Source: Paraspadella gotoi
Lineage: Eukaryota > Animalia > Chaetognatha
Direction: 5' to 3'
Assembly: GCA_051294375.1 (NCBI GenBank)
Contig: CM119271.1
Span: forward strand, 13,135,039-13,199,038
Length of the DNA stretch: 64,000 nt
The translations under genes and the position numbers were made by a program. Under the pieces are notes generated by a model. The model ran no database searches. It saw nothing but the letters and a program-made list of their open reading frames with translations, and had not been told where the DNA came from. Of the stretch, positions 25,251-37,700 are shown one piece after another. Within the stretch, counting starts at the first letter, position 1. Each line of letters begins with the position of its first letter.

Positions 25251-26310
25251 CGGAAGTTGAATAGAAAGAGGGGGAGAGAGAGGGTTGAATGGGAGAGAGA
25301 GTTGGAAAGGATTTATTTTTTTCGAAGAAAAGTCAGAACTTGTACTAAAATGACATAAAATATATTAAAAGATACAATTTAAATGAAAAAAATATAAACG
25401 AATATTATTATATTAATAGACAAAAAGATAAAAAAAGAATAAAAAACCAAAAAACAAAAAAACTGAGAAAAAGGAAGAAAGGAAAAAGACAAACAAAAAA
25501 CTAACAAGAAAAAAAAAACAGAGAACAAGAAACAGAAGGACCTCCCTTGGGACATTTAGATCCGAAAGGGAGAAACTTGAATGAGAGAGGAAAGTGGGGG
25601 GGGGGGCTGAGGGACTAGGGGGGGGGAGTGGAGTTGTTGAGAACCTCCGCGGAGACAAACATGTCTTTATTCGTTTGGTCCTTTGGCCCTCGATTCCATC
25701 GCACCCTCGCGACAAAAAAAAAAAATTGTTCTTTTCTTTTTTAAATTTATGTTTTTGGCATCGGAAGGGGTGTCATGAACAGCGGTGGTATTAAAAGTAA
25801 TGGCATGAAGGCGGTGCCATCTGAAGTGATGGCATTCGAAGCAATTCCATTGAACGCAAGTAAAAGTAATGGCTTCTAAAGCGATGGGCATGAGAAGCTG
25901 TTCCATCGGTCTAATCTGAGAAGTTCTATCTAAAGAAATTGCGATGGCATCTGAAGCGGTTGTATCTGAAGGGTTGGCATTGGAAGCGTTTAATCATACA
26001 TGTAAATTGAATGGCATCAGAAGCCATGGCCACCAGAATCAAACGGCATCCAAAGAACTTCACTCTTACTCGTTGTGTTCCACCTTCTTTGGGACGAGGC
26101 CATTTTCGGTTCGGGTTCCATCTCCCCGAACCGGCGAAAACTCTGGAACCCTAACTCTTGACACCCGAAGACTTTTGGCTTTCGGTCTTTTTACTTAAAA
26201 AAAAACTCGATCTTCGAAATATATTTTTGAGAAAAAGAAAAAAGAAAAAAAGGAAAAAAAATTCCCATCCGAGAGAAATTTGTGAGAAAACGTGAGAAAT
26301 GAAGAGAGAG

Positions 26311-26359
<49 letters not shown>

Positions 26360-26749
26360 GAGAGAGAGAGAGGAAGAGAAGAGAGAGAAAGAAATGATAG
26401 AGTGGGATGGTGTGAAAAAACGAAGAGTCAAACAAGAAAAAATATATTTATTTAGGATCTGTTTGATGTAGAAAGATTCAAAGGGTAAAAACTGTTTTTT
26501 TTATTGAAGTTAAAATGAAAAGTATGATTTTTGATTTGCAATCTGCTGTATTTTCATTGGTCAGTTTAAGTGCATTAACTTCCCCTGCCAAGCAATGTTT
26601 TTGATATAAGGTTTTTTTTTAAAATCAAATTAGATCGACTGATTTTCTGTCCTCAAGTTTATATAAAAAGAAATCGTCTGCCAACTTGTTTTATTTACTA
26701 CGTATTTGTATTGTAAAACTATTGATAAACAAACAAAAAGGCAATCACT

Positions 26750-29700
26750 TCAAATCTCCCGCCCTCTAGCGAAGAGTTCCACGACTCTGACGAGGCATTC
26801 CATCTGCTCCAGCGACTCGACGATCCCTGGCTTCGCCTCCCTCGCGGCCAAGACGCTCCAGGCCCAGTCGACGAGCCTCTCCGCCGTAAAACGCTGCAGG
26901 AGGTTGAAGGCGACAGCGTAGAAGCCGCTGGAGCCGCAGCCGTCGCGGCAGTGGACGAGGAAGGGTCGGTCGGGGGAGTTGGACTGGAGGATTGTTTTGA
27001 GAGCGGGAGTTTTATGATTTGATCAAATGATTTAATAGTTACAGAAATAAATAAATGAACAAACAAAAAAAATAAATAAATGAATAAATAAATATAATAA
27101 AAAAGATAATAACATAAATAAATAAGTAAATAAATTACCTAATAAAATATAAGGCAACAAAAACAGAAAGAAAGAAAAAACAATACAAAAACAAAAAAGA
27201 AAAAATAACTATAACGCTCAGTAAACTAATGAAACTAACAAGTTATGGCAAGCGGAGGATAGCCTGTGATACCGGGGCGCGGGGTATCTCACCAACTGGC
27301 GTAGGGGCTGCGGACCCTCAGTGACGCCTCCTGTCACTGCATGTTTATATCCGCACCGTCACATTTATAGCCAAGACCGGGATACCCAGGGATTGAACCC
27401 GGGACGCACAGATGGAATGAAGATGATTTAGCCTGCTCAGCCATTGAGACGAGGCTGAGGACGGCCAGCAGTGAGGGCAGCTTTAAGTCTTGCTGCACAN
27501 NNNNNNNNNNNNNNNNNNNNNNNNAGTGATATTTTCTTAGAAATTTAAAAAAACAAATAATAAAACCTCTTAACAAACAAAAGACAACTCCCAACCTGCA
27601 TCTCTAAATGCAACAACAACAGCGCCACCAATTCCTCCTCTCTCTCCGACTTCTCTTCTCCTTCTCTCCATCCGCCAAACTCCAGAAGCTTCAAAGTCTT
27701 CGTCGTCGCCCCTCGCCGCAGCCGAAGATCGTGGACGATCCCCTTCGCCTTCGCCTTCGCCGTCCCAACGTTCTCCACCCTCGTGGGCGGATAATCCGCC
27801 ACAGCGCCGCCCGATTCCGGCCAATATCTCGGCGCGCCCTCTATCGAGTCGGTGATAGCAACGACGATCCCGACGTCAAAGTCCCAGACGACCGACCAAA
27901 AGGCGATCGTCGTTGCCGGCTGCGGCGATCGGGCGACGACGATGCCGCGACGCCCGAAGTGGGAGTCGACGAAGACGGCGTCGTAAGAGGCGCCGTTCGG
28001 TGGCAGGAACGTTTCGAGGATGACGCCGCGGGGGTTTGAAGGCGCGGGCCTTGGAGAACGTGTCGTTAAAATAGTGCAAGCAAAATAAAAAAGAATTCAT
28101 TCATTTATTCATTGATTCATTCATTTATTACATAAGCTATCTTGCCCAATAAGGTTGGTTAATGGTTATGGTTAAGCTTTCAATCAAGACTCTCTCACAG
28201 TCCAGAATACCTCACTTCCTTTATATCACCGTCCAGCTGCGTCAAAACGACGCCGTTGTCTACGGCCGGCGTCAAAGCCCCCAGTTTGTCAAAAAGCGCC
28301 GCCACGGAACGCCTCGTCGACTTCTCAAACGGCAAAGGGTCGAATCCTTTGCTGCAGCTGATACGCAGACAACGCCGCAGGAAATCGAAGGCCGCTTTCG
28401 ACTCTATCGTCCTCGTTCGTCGCCGACGCAGCGTCGCAGCCTCCTGCAGCGGATTCGTTCGTCCCGTCGCCTTCGCCATTAGAGTTTGATTCAAGACGGC
28501 GACGAAGATGGAACCGGCGACGCCGTGGACGATCATAGGAGATGCGGCGTTCTTTTTTCTCTCAGTCACGACGCCGCCTTTCCTCTCTATTTCGAAGTCT
28601 TTCTTTTCTATACCGGCGCCGTCTTCATTTCCAACGCCCTCTTTCTTTTCTTTCCTAGCGCCACTACTCTTTTCAACGACGCGACAAAAGTCAACGAAAT
28701 CCACGACCGACGCCGGCGCGCCCTCTTTCGGCCACGAGACGAACTCCAAGTGACGCACGAGACGTCGCTCGGCGGGACGTCGCGTCAGATTCAGCGTCAT
28801 GACGCGAAAGACGCGGTGGGCGTGGCGATGTTCCGTAACCAAGGCAACGCGAAGACGTCCATCGCAAGTGGATATTTCGGCTCCGACGTTGCGAGGCCAA
28901 AATCCCTCCGTCTCTCTTTCGCCTTCGATCCCGACGATCCACTCCGCGCCTTCAAACCACACCATCCGCCAAAAATCCTCCACCGTCTCCGGCGTCGGAC
29001 TTTGCGTCAGAATAAAACCGGCGTCGTCCGCGCCGAATTTGGGGACGTAGGCGGCGTTGATGTAATCAGCGCCGGGGTCTTCGAGGGTGGAATAAAGAGC
29101 GCCGGGCAGGATGAAACCGGCGTCGGCGGCGTCATCGGCGTCAAATTCTTTTATCGGCTTCAGTTTCACCCGGAATCGGTCGCAAGGAAGATTCTCCATC
29201 CACCGATTCTTCGTCTCGTTCTCTATTCGACTCGCGACCGACGTCGTGGCGTTGGTCGGTCTGTCGGTCAGTCCGTCAAACTCTTCCAATTGTCCGTCGA
29301 GGGAAAGTTCTGGCTGAGAGTCGTCGAGCCATTCCGGGCGGTGATCGTCGTCGTCGTCGTAGACGTCGTCTTCTTTAGCTTCGGTCGCTACGTCGGCGCC
29401 GTCCCCAGATTCCGGCGTCCTTTTCCCGGCGCCAAATCCTATGACGCGCCCCTCGTGGATTTGCGGAATTTCGGGCGCCGTCGTCCGGCGCTCATTCGAT
29501 CTTCGCGCCGCAATAACGACGCCTAGTCTACGTCTCAGCGCCAGGAAGAGAAGAAGGCCGAGTAAAACGACGCCGCCCGACCCCGTCAAGGCCCAAATCG
29601 GCACCGATTTCGTAGTGGGCATCTCCGTTCCGGCGCTCTCCCAAAAGCTTGGAGCGAAAGCAATTCAAAATTTAGTACATTAATCTAATTTGCATATTGT

Positions 29701-30666
29701 AAAAGTTTAAAATATTTCTTGTAATTTATAATTGAGTTCAGCCGTGTGTTGTTTTATTATTTCCTAGGGGATAATCATACAATGCTAACTGTCTCTTAAA
29801 TATAATGCTGATTCACATTAGACATTAATATAATAATAATAATAATAATAAACATTACAACCTGACTCTCGAAACTACGCAATGAGCTTTGACCCGGTCC
29901 CCGCAGGCCAGCAGACGAAATCCGTAGCAGGAAAAGTTGCGTCTATTCTCGATCCGACGCCGGAAGGGCTCGTCGTCGGCGAAGGCGACCCCGCGCACCT
30001 CGGAGAGGATCGTCCGGTCGGCCCCTCGACGGCCGCCAAATCCGAAGCGGATGCGAAGAAATCAAAGTCTACGACGCCCCAGTAGAGAGGAAAGTGAGGG
30101 TGGGAGAAAATTGGAAGGCGGTGATCGGGAGGGGCGAGCGAATCTAAGGGGGGTGGGGGGGTTAAATTGGTTGTTAGTTCGTGAAGGAATTTGGGTGGGA
30201 AGGCGGAGGAGCTTGGGCGAGGGAAATAGGTAAGGTTTGGGTGGAGGGTGGGTGGAGGGGGAAGAGGGTGAGAAAGTTTAGGGATTAGGGATTAGAGATA
30301 GAGCTTAGGGATTAGAAATAGGGAATAGGGATTAGAGATAAGGATTAGAGATTAGGATTAGGGATTAGAGATAAGTATTAGGAAAGGGGATTAGGGATTA
30401 GGGAAGGGAATAAGGGATTAGGGATAGGGATTAGGGATTTAAAAATTCAAGAATTACAAAAAAAAATAACAGAAATAATGCAAGGAAGGTATTGTAGGAT
30501 CCTACATAAAATTACGTTTAGTTTAACATAGTTTAATAATATCTCAATAACTTAATAATGATAATTTTTTGAAAGGCTTAGAATCGGCATCATAATAAGA
30601 GAATTAAGCTTTGCCAAGGAAACACGGAACTGAGTGAGGATGGACGACAGGGAAGAGTGGCAGTAG

Positions 30667-30707
<41 letters not shown>

Positions 30708-31458
30708 CTCTCTCTCTCTCTCTCTCTCCGATAGGGTGTATTAGGCCGCCTTGAACCAGATAAGACGCGCCGCAACCCTTCATCTCCCTCACCGGAACCA
30801 AATAGTCTGCGGCAGCCCTTTTCCTTCCGGATCCATAAACCTCCAAGAGAGACCCTCGGCGGCGAAGGCGGTGGAGGCGTCCGTGGAAGCGACGGAGGAG
30901 AAGGCGGCGCCACCGGCGAGGAATTCCGCGGTGAAGTTGACGATTTGACCGATAGAGGGCGATGGAGACGGTTGTGGAGACGACGACGTCGACTCTAATC
31001 AATGTTATCATTAAATCTTGTTAATTAGAGATAATAAAAATAAATTTTTTTTTATTAAATAAAGTTTTTTTATTCAATAATGTTTCAATAGGATTCCAAT
31101 TTTTTTTTTTTTTTCAAAATTAAAAATTTGAACAAAATTAACATTTTTAAATAACTTTTTTTTAGCCATTCCTTCTTTTGAATTAACTTACAAAACAATA
31201 GTAGAAATCAATTAAGCAATAAAAAGTCCAACTCTTATTTATTGTAAATAATGTACTGTAAATTGTAAAAATATGGCCCGTCTTAGTAATCATACCAAGT
31301 AGCAAAGAAGTTAAGAAAAACAATCATGAAAAAAAAACAGTGAAATTTTAAAAAAATGTGAATTTAGTCAAACTTACCCATTATACAAACTTACCTTCTT
31401 GAGTCGATGAAAAACTCTCCGTAGAAATTATTATAATAATCAAAATGACAAATATCAT
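26750..31458 (-). CDS. Receptor-type protein tyrosine (pseudo)phosphatase: signal peptide, small ectodomain, TM, PTP D1, PTP D2. Exons 31395-31458, 30793-30994, 29862-30143, 28216-29647, 27596-28049, 26750-26983
   Basis: Signal MIFVILIIIIIS; TM GGVVLLGLLLFLAL-RRR. D1: KNRW..LPCD, DYINAAYV, FILTQSP..ETVEDFWRMVW, EFVSWP. D2: YDAVFVDS, TTIAFWSVVWD, PFLVHCRDGCGSSG, IVESLEQ. GT/AG ends throughout. Exons 3 and 5 need small indel corrections. Confidence 0.88.
27240..27450 (-). mobile_element. tRNA-derived SINE-like element in the last PTP intron
   Basis: On the minus strand, A box TGGCTGAGCAGG (27432-27443) and B box GGTTCAATCCC (27389-27399) at Pol III spacing, followed by a ~150-nt non-tRNA body. 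Confidence 0.6.
30277..30440. repeat. Degenerate GGGATTA/GATTAG hexa-heptamer repeat in a PTP intron
   Basis: Directly visible; telomere-like but not (TTAGGG)n. Confidence 0.8.
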
Positions 31459-32499
31459 TTTGTCGTCGTTGTTGAAATGTTCTTATTTTGGTATCGTTCT
31501 TGATATTGTATCATTCTCGTTTTTGTATTGTTTTTGTTCTTGGAGTTTTCCTCGCAAGTATTAATAACTTTATTTTTGTCCAACTAACGCAAACTAGATT
31601 TTGAAGATTTTTAATTCAAATTAAAATTGAAAAAAATTGATACGAAATATTTTTGACTAAAATTGTCTAAGAAATTTCAGGTTATTCCCTATTTGACTCT
31701 GAGGACGCATCAAATTACTTAGAATCATAAAATCCGTTTAGAGTTTTGGTTTTTAGCCGATCTTTGGCGGTGGTTCAACTCGCGCGACATGCGGGCGCAA
31801 AATCAACGCCGATCGGCTGAGACTGTTTTCCAATTTCATATTCCTGATCTATCTTCTAAAACGAATAAATTTATTTACTCTGGATTCTTAACCGTAATTC
31901 ATTCCTACCGGGGGAGCTAAGGAAACTCATACTACTGAAAACGTTATCGAACCCATTCCCTTTCTGAGATTTTTTTGAACAAGCTTTTAAACAATTTAAA
32001 AAAAAAAAAAAGTTAGAATTTTAGCACCCAATTTAGCTTCTCACAAATTCCGCACTTGGAAAACTGCATCGCAACTTGCCCATTTCTCTTGATAAAGAAA
32101 TTTGGATAATTTAAAAATTAAAATTAAAACTAGTGTCATCATTAAATTTGTATTCTACGTTGTTAAAGATCTATGAACTTTTTTTTTGGGGGGGGGGTTT
32201 AGTTTTGGTGGCTTCATGTATTTTTGATTTTCACGTTGGATGATCTTCTGATCTTCCCTAAAATCGTAAATCGTAGCTGATGGATTTTGAAATATATAAT
32301 TATATATAATTATATATATCACGTTCTAATTATTATTTAAATTTATTAAAATTTATGACAATTACTCGTTGAATCTTTCACATAACTCTTAAATAAATCT
32401 TTCATAAAAATCAATTTCATAAAAACCCTGTCAGCCACATCTCGTATTGCCATCCTTTGTCCATCCCTTTGCCATCCTTTTGTCATCCCTTTGCTATCA

Positions 32500-32912
32500 A
32501 CTCATTGTCCGCAGTATCCTTGCAATCATCGACCTAATATTCTCCAGAATGCTCAACATCACCTAATTGTCTCCAGCATCCTCAACATCACCGACCTGAT
32601 CGTCTCCAAGGATACTCACATCACCGACCTGATCGTCTCCAGCATACTCAACATCACCGACCTGATCGTCTCCAGCATCCTCAACATCACCGACCTGATC
32701 GTCTCCAGCATCCAACATCACCGACCTGATCGTCTCCAGCATCCTCAAACATCACACTGACACGTCCGATCTGTCCTCCAGCATGCCCGCGTATCTCAGT
32801 TGTTCGCGACGACCTTCATATCGAATTTCATCGGCGACTTTCGTTGTTGGGTTTGATGCATCTGGACGAGCGGTTTGAAAGAAGTTGAAGGGGGCGTTCT
32901 CTCTCTCTCTCA

Positions 32913-32981
<69 letters not shown>

Positions 32982-33256
32982 CTCTCATAATATATCCTCC
33001 CTCCTAAGCCTTTCTTTCGCAAAAAATCATTAACAATTCTAACCATAATACTCATTTGCATATTGAAGTAAATCGTTTTCTCTCAAACCAAAAACCCCCC
33101 ACCCCTGATGAACCAAGGATCGGACTTGGCCATCATCTCCATCAGAGACGAGAGAGAGTCTTTGAATTGCGCGGCGACGGTGTCGCTTCGAGGTCTCATG
33201 TAGGTGAGGCGACCGTCGGCCCGGGTCGAGCTGCGAGAGGAAGGCTTTGCTCCGAC
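32500..33256 (-). pseudogene. Error-rich copy of two myosin motor exons plus the 33-bp splice-donor repeat
   Basis: Homologous to 34209-34685 and 43010-43805, with many indels. Confidence 0.75.
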
Positions 33257-34208
33257 TTTTTAAAGGGATTAAGGGGGAGAGGGAAATAAAATCGGTATAA
33301 CGAATTTAAATGGGTAACTGTACTGGTGTATAAATGAAGATGGGACTATGGAGTGGGGAACTTATTAAACAGAGTTTAGAATTGGTTATTGAACTTGTTT
33401 TATCAATGAGGGTATCTGGTATTGGGTATAAGGGACGCACTATAAATAATTTTTTATGGTAGTAGTGTTGTGTTATGGTTTATAACATGATATGAAATTT
33501 GCAAATTACTTGTTTTCAACTATTTTCTATTTTTTTATTTTATGTTTTATATAGTATTTCTATTTGATGTTGAATGTAGGGATTATTTCTTGCTCTTGCA
33601 AATATACGTGAGTAGTTTTTTTGTTTATTTATTAGTGTCTTAATTTTGTTGTTAGCGTTTCTTTTTGTTTTCATTAGCATCTTTTTGTTTTTATTAGCGT
33701 CTCCTTTGTTTTACTTTGATCCTTTAATATGTGTTGATTTGTGACGGTAGTTTTTATTTCTATTATTATTTTGAGCCCGTGGTCCTCTGCCTTTACTCTA
33801 ACTAAATTATACTCATCACTTATTTATTTTACAATTATACTTAATACATTATTTTTTGGGCATATATTTTACACTTTTTGTGCATTAATACACTTATCAA
33901 TGTTTTAAAACGTTTTGTTTTACACTTTTAACGTTTTTCTATGTTTTTTGTTTTCTTTACCTTTTTATTTAATGTTTTTGTTTTAATGTTTTTTAAAAGA
34001 ATTTTATCATTTCAACTCTAGACACTTTTCATCGTTAACGTTTTAAACGGTAGTGTTTTTGTTTTTTGTTTGAATTTTAATAAATAGTTTTTACTTTTGA
34101 ATTAAAATATAATGTTGCTTCTTTTTATACTTGATGTTTTTTGGTTTAAAAATATGATTTAGAACGTCTTGAACGTTATATTTNNNNNNNNNNNNNNNNN
34201 NNNNNNNN

Positions 34209-34342
34209 ATCGTCTCCAGCATGCCCGCGTATCTCAGTTGTTCGACGACGACCTTCATATCGAATTTCATCGGCGACTTTTCGTTGTTGGGTTTGATGCA
34301 TCTGGACGAGCGGTTTGAAAGAAGTTGAAGGGGGCGTTCCTC

Positions 34343-34384
<42 letters not shown>

Positions 34385-34685
34385 TCTCTCTCTCTCTCTC
34401 TCTCTCCCCCTTCTCATAATATATCCTCCCTCCTAAGCCTTTCTTTCCAAAAAATCATTACACAATTCTAACCCATAATACCATTTGCATATTGCAGTAA
34501 ATCGTTTTCTCTCAAACCAAAAACCCCCCCACCTGATGAACCAAGGATCGCACTTGGCCATCATCTCCATCAGAGACGAGAGAGAGTCTTGAAATTGCGC
34601 GGCGACGGTGTCGCTTCGAGGTCTCATGTAGGTGAGGCGACCGTCGGCCCGGGTCGAGCTGCGAGAGAGAAGGCTTTGCTCCGAC
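34209..34685 (-). CDS. Myosin motor exons, cleanest copy: 34533-34685 (..[40 protein letters not shown]) and 34209-34301 ([30 protein letters not shown], runs into a gap)
   Basis: Actin-binding loop-2 region and PxFIRCIKPN..QLRY.GMLETIR motifs; phases are consistent. 'DGR..M.PR..TVAA.F' resembles invertebrate class XV myosins. Confidence 0.92.
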
Positions 34686-34723
34686 CTTTTTAAAAGGGAT
34701 TAAGGGGAGAGGGAAATAAAATC

Positions 34724-37700
34724 TGTATGATTTTCTTTCTATTGTCTGATGATGCTGGTGGAGCTGGAGATGGTGAGGAAGGAGCCGGTGGTGATGGAGT
34801 TGATGCTGGAGGTGATCGAACTGCAGGAGCTGATAGAGAGGAGATAAGGGAGGTGGAAAGGGAGTGGAAGTAGCGGCGGGAGTGGTGGGAGCAAGAAAAG
34901 AAGAGAAAGAAGAATCAGAATCCACCGCAACAGACGCAGCAGATGATACAGGGGATATCCCAGGAAGCACAGCAATTCCTGCAACAAACAAATCCAACTA
35001 ACCTACGCAAATGAACCTCACGGATCCTGATGATTTTTCACCATCCATCAATGAGCCGTGGCCTCCCGTTCCGGATCCTTTACCACAGCGTGCACGATCA
35101 TCTGTCATTCTGACACCATCAAGACTTGGCAATATTTTCTTCGGCATCTCCAAATTCCTCTAGGTTCGCAATCGCTTTTCTCGCAATCTCAACCCTCGAC
35201 TTCGACATCTGTTATTCCTCCAACGCCAGTGGGTTTCAAAGACCGACTTTCATGCGCGGTGCCACAGGTGCAAGGGGATCGCTCAAAGGATCGTACTACA
35301 GCTGGAAGAGGACACAGCAAAGGTGCTGATTAGTATTATTATTGAATTTTTTATTGATGCTTAATTTATATTAGTTCTATTTGCAATTCATTATAGCTAT
35401 TTAATATTTACATCTATGATTAGGCAAGTAAAAATATTAATATTTATAAATGGCAGCTGATGAAGATAATACTGAATCAGTGGGAGGGCTAGCTACAGGG
35501 TTTGCTACATGGAATAGTGGTGGGTTGCATGCTAACACTGGTCAGAGAAAGGGCAACTGGTTGCTTGGATTACTTAATGCTGACAGAGGATTAGAATTTT
35601 GGGGATTCAAGAGACACATTGTAAGGACGATGCTAACTTATGTCAGGCCGTAAATGATATGAAACTAAGGTATTCAGTGTTTCATAGTCCAGCTGTTGAT
35701 GGAGATGATTATGCTGGAATATTATGCATTGTGTCAGATGATTGGAAGTTGTGAAAAGAGTTGTTAGTTTTACCTGGTAGGATTATGTCAGTAAAATTAA
35801 AAAGTGTGGTTTTTGGGACTGTGTTAAATTTTATTGTGATTTATGGAAAGAGTGATTGTTCCAGTAATAGTACATGGTTAAATAAATTGAGAGATGTGAT
35901 TGATAATTCTTGTGATAATGTTATATTAGGTGATTTTAATTTTGTTGAAGAAAATAGAGATAGAAGCGCTTTGACTATAACACCTTATGATAGAAATTTA
36001 AGGGATATTTTTACTCCTATAAAACAAAATTTTAAGTTGCATGATGTTTTTAGACTATTAAAAGGGGACGCGAATGAATTTACTTTTAAATGGGCCAGAG
36101 GAATACAAAGTAGGATAGACAGAGTTTATGTGACAGAGGCTATGATTGGTGGTGTGAATAAAATTACCAGCCAATCATGTCCCGGGGTAGGATTTGGGCA
36201 TAAATTATTGAAGATAGAATTTCAAGAAAAATTAGAAACTAGGATGTGGTTATTGGAAATTTAATGTTTCTCTTTTGAGTGATCTTGATTATTCTAGGAT
36301 GGTGAGGGAAACTGGGAAAATTTTAGGGGAGATAAACATGAATTTGAGAATATAGGAGATGGTGGGACTGTGCTAAATCCATAGTGCGCAGCGTAAGTAT
36401 AGATTTTGCAAGGAGAAAAAGAATGGGAGAGAATAGAATTGTAAGAGGGTTAGAAAAGGAAAAGGAAAGGCTGGAAAATGAGATTCGAGAAGGTAGGGGA
36501 TCAATTTTTAATAAAAATCATTTAGTCTGGATCAAGGAAAGATTAGCAGAAGAAGAAGAAAGGAAAGCCGAAGGAGCAAGGATTAGGTTCACGTGTACCA
36601 CATTTTGAAGTCAATGAGCCAGGATTAGCTTATTTTAGTAGAGTTGAAAAATCGAGGTGTGGGGGAAATTTAATTTATGCTTTACGAGATAAACAAGGAC
36701 AAATAAGGAGAGGTTCAGAAGGGGTTGTCAAGGTTGCTCATGAAACATTATGTTGGTATGTTTTAGTGAAGGAGATATAGATGGAATAATTCAAGATGAA
36801 TTCTTGAGTTGTGTGGACAAAGAATTGGATGAGGACAAACGAGAATGGTGTTGAAAAGGTCATTGAAAAAGATGAAGTGGAAATGGTTTTGAAGGAATGG
36901 CCTCAGGGAGGTCGCCAGGTGCGGATGGATTCCCTGCCGAGTTTTGGAGATATTTTTGGGGTTTAGTTGGTGATGATTTTATGCAACTGATTGAGTGGAT
37001 TTTGAGAGTGGACATTTAACAAAATCTATGTCAGAAGGTGGCAGTAAGATTGATCCATAAGAAAGGTGATAGAGATAATGTAAAGAACTATAGACCTGTT
37101 AGTTTGGTTAATGTTGATTATAAAATGCTTAGTGGCTGTATAAATGCACGACTAGTCTCTGTATTAACCGGATTTAATACATGAAGATCAGGCTGGTCTA
37201 CCAGGAGAAAAATAGTGATGTTTTACATGTTATACAGGATGTTGTGCAGTACTGTGAATTGAATAATAAAGAGGGAGCCTTAATATTTCTAGATCTTGAA
37301 AAATGTTTTGATAGGGTTGAGCATAGTTTTGTTTTTAAGGCATTTGGAAAAATATGGCTTTGGGGAGAACATAAGAAGATGGGGTTAAGACATTTTACAA
37401 TAAGGTGAATAGTAGAATTTTAGTTAATGGTCATTTGGTCAGAAGAGATAATGGTTAATAGAGGATTAAGGCAGGGAGATTCTCCCTCAATGCCTTTGTA
37501 TATATTAGTGGCTGAGGTTTTTGCTACATCAATAAGGAAAGATAATAATATAATGGGTATAAGGGTAAGGGGGCTGAGAGAAAGGTAGGGGTTTATGTTG
37601 ATGATACTCAGGGATTTCTGGGGTCAGAGGAGTCAGTTGAAAGGTTTTATGGATGAAGGCCACTCGTTATGAGTGGGCTGCAGGTTCGAGGGTTAATAGG

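Noticed and set aside
28486-29526. 346-aa plus-strand ORF
   Set aside because: Antisense shadow of the GC-rich PTP exon, with no recognisable motifs.
30277-30440. Interstitial telomere (also 62835-62970)
   Set aside because: Units are mixed 6-7-mers (GGGATTA, GAGATTA), not a clean (TTAGGG)n or (TTAGG)n tract.
31760-31820. tRNA/SINE from GGTTCAACTC
   Set aside because: No cloverleaf or properly spaced A box; more likely part of the RPTP upstream region.
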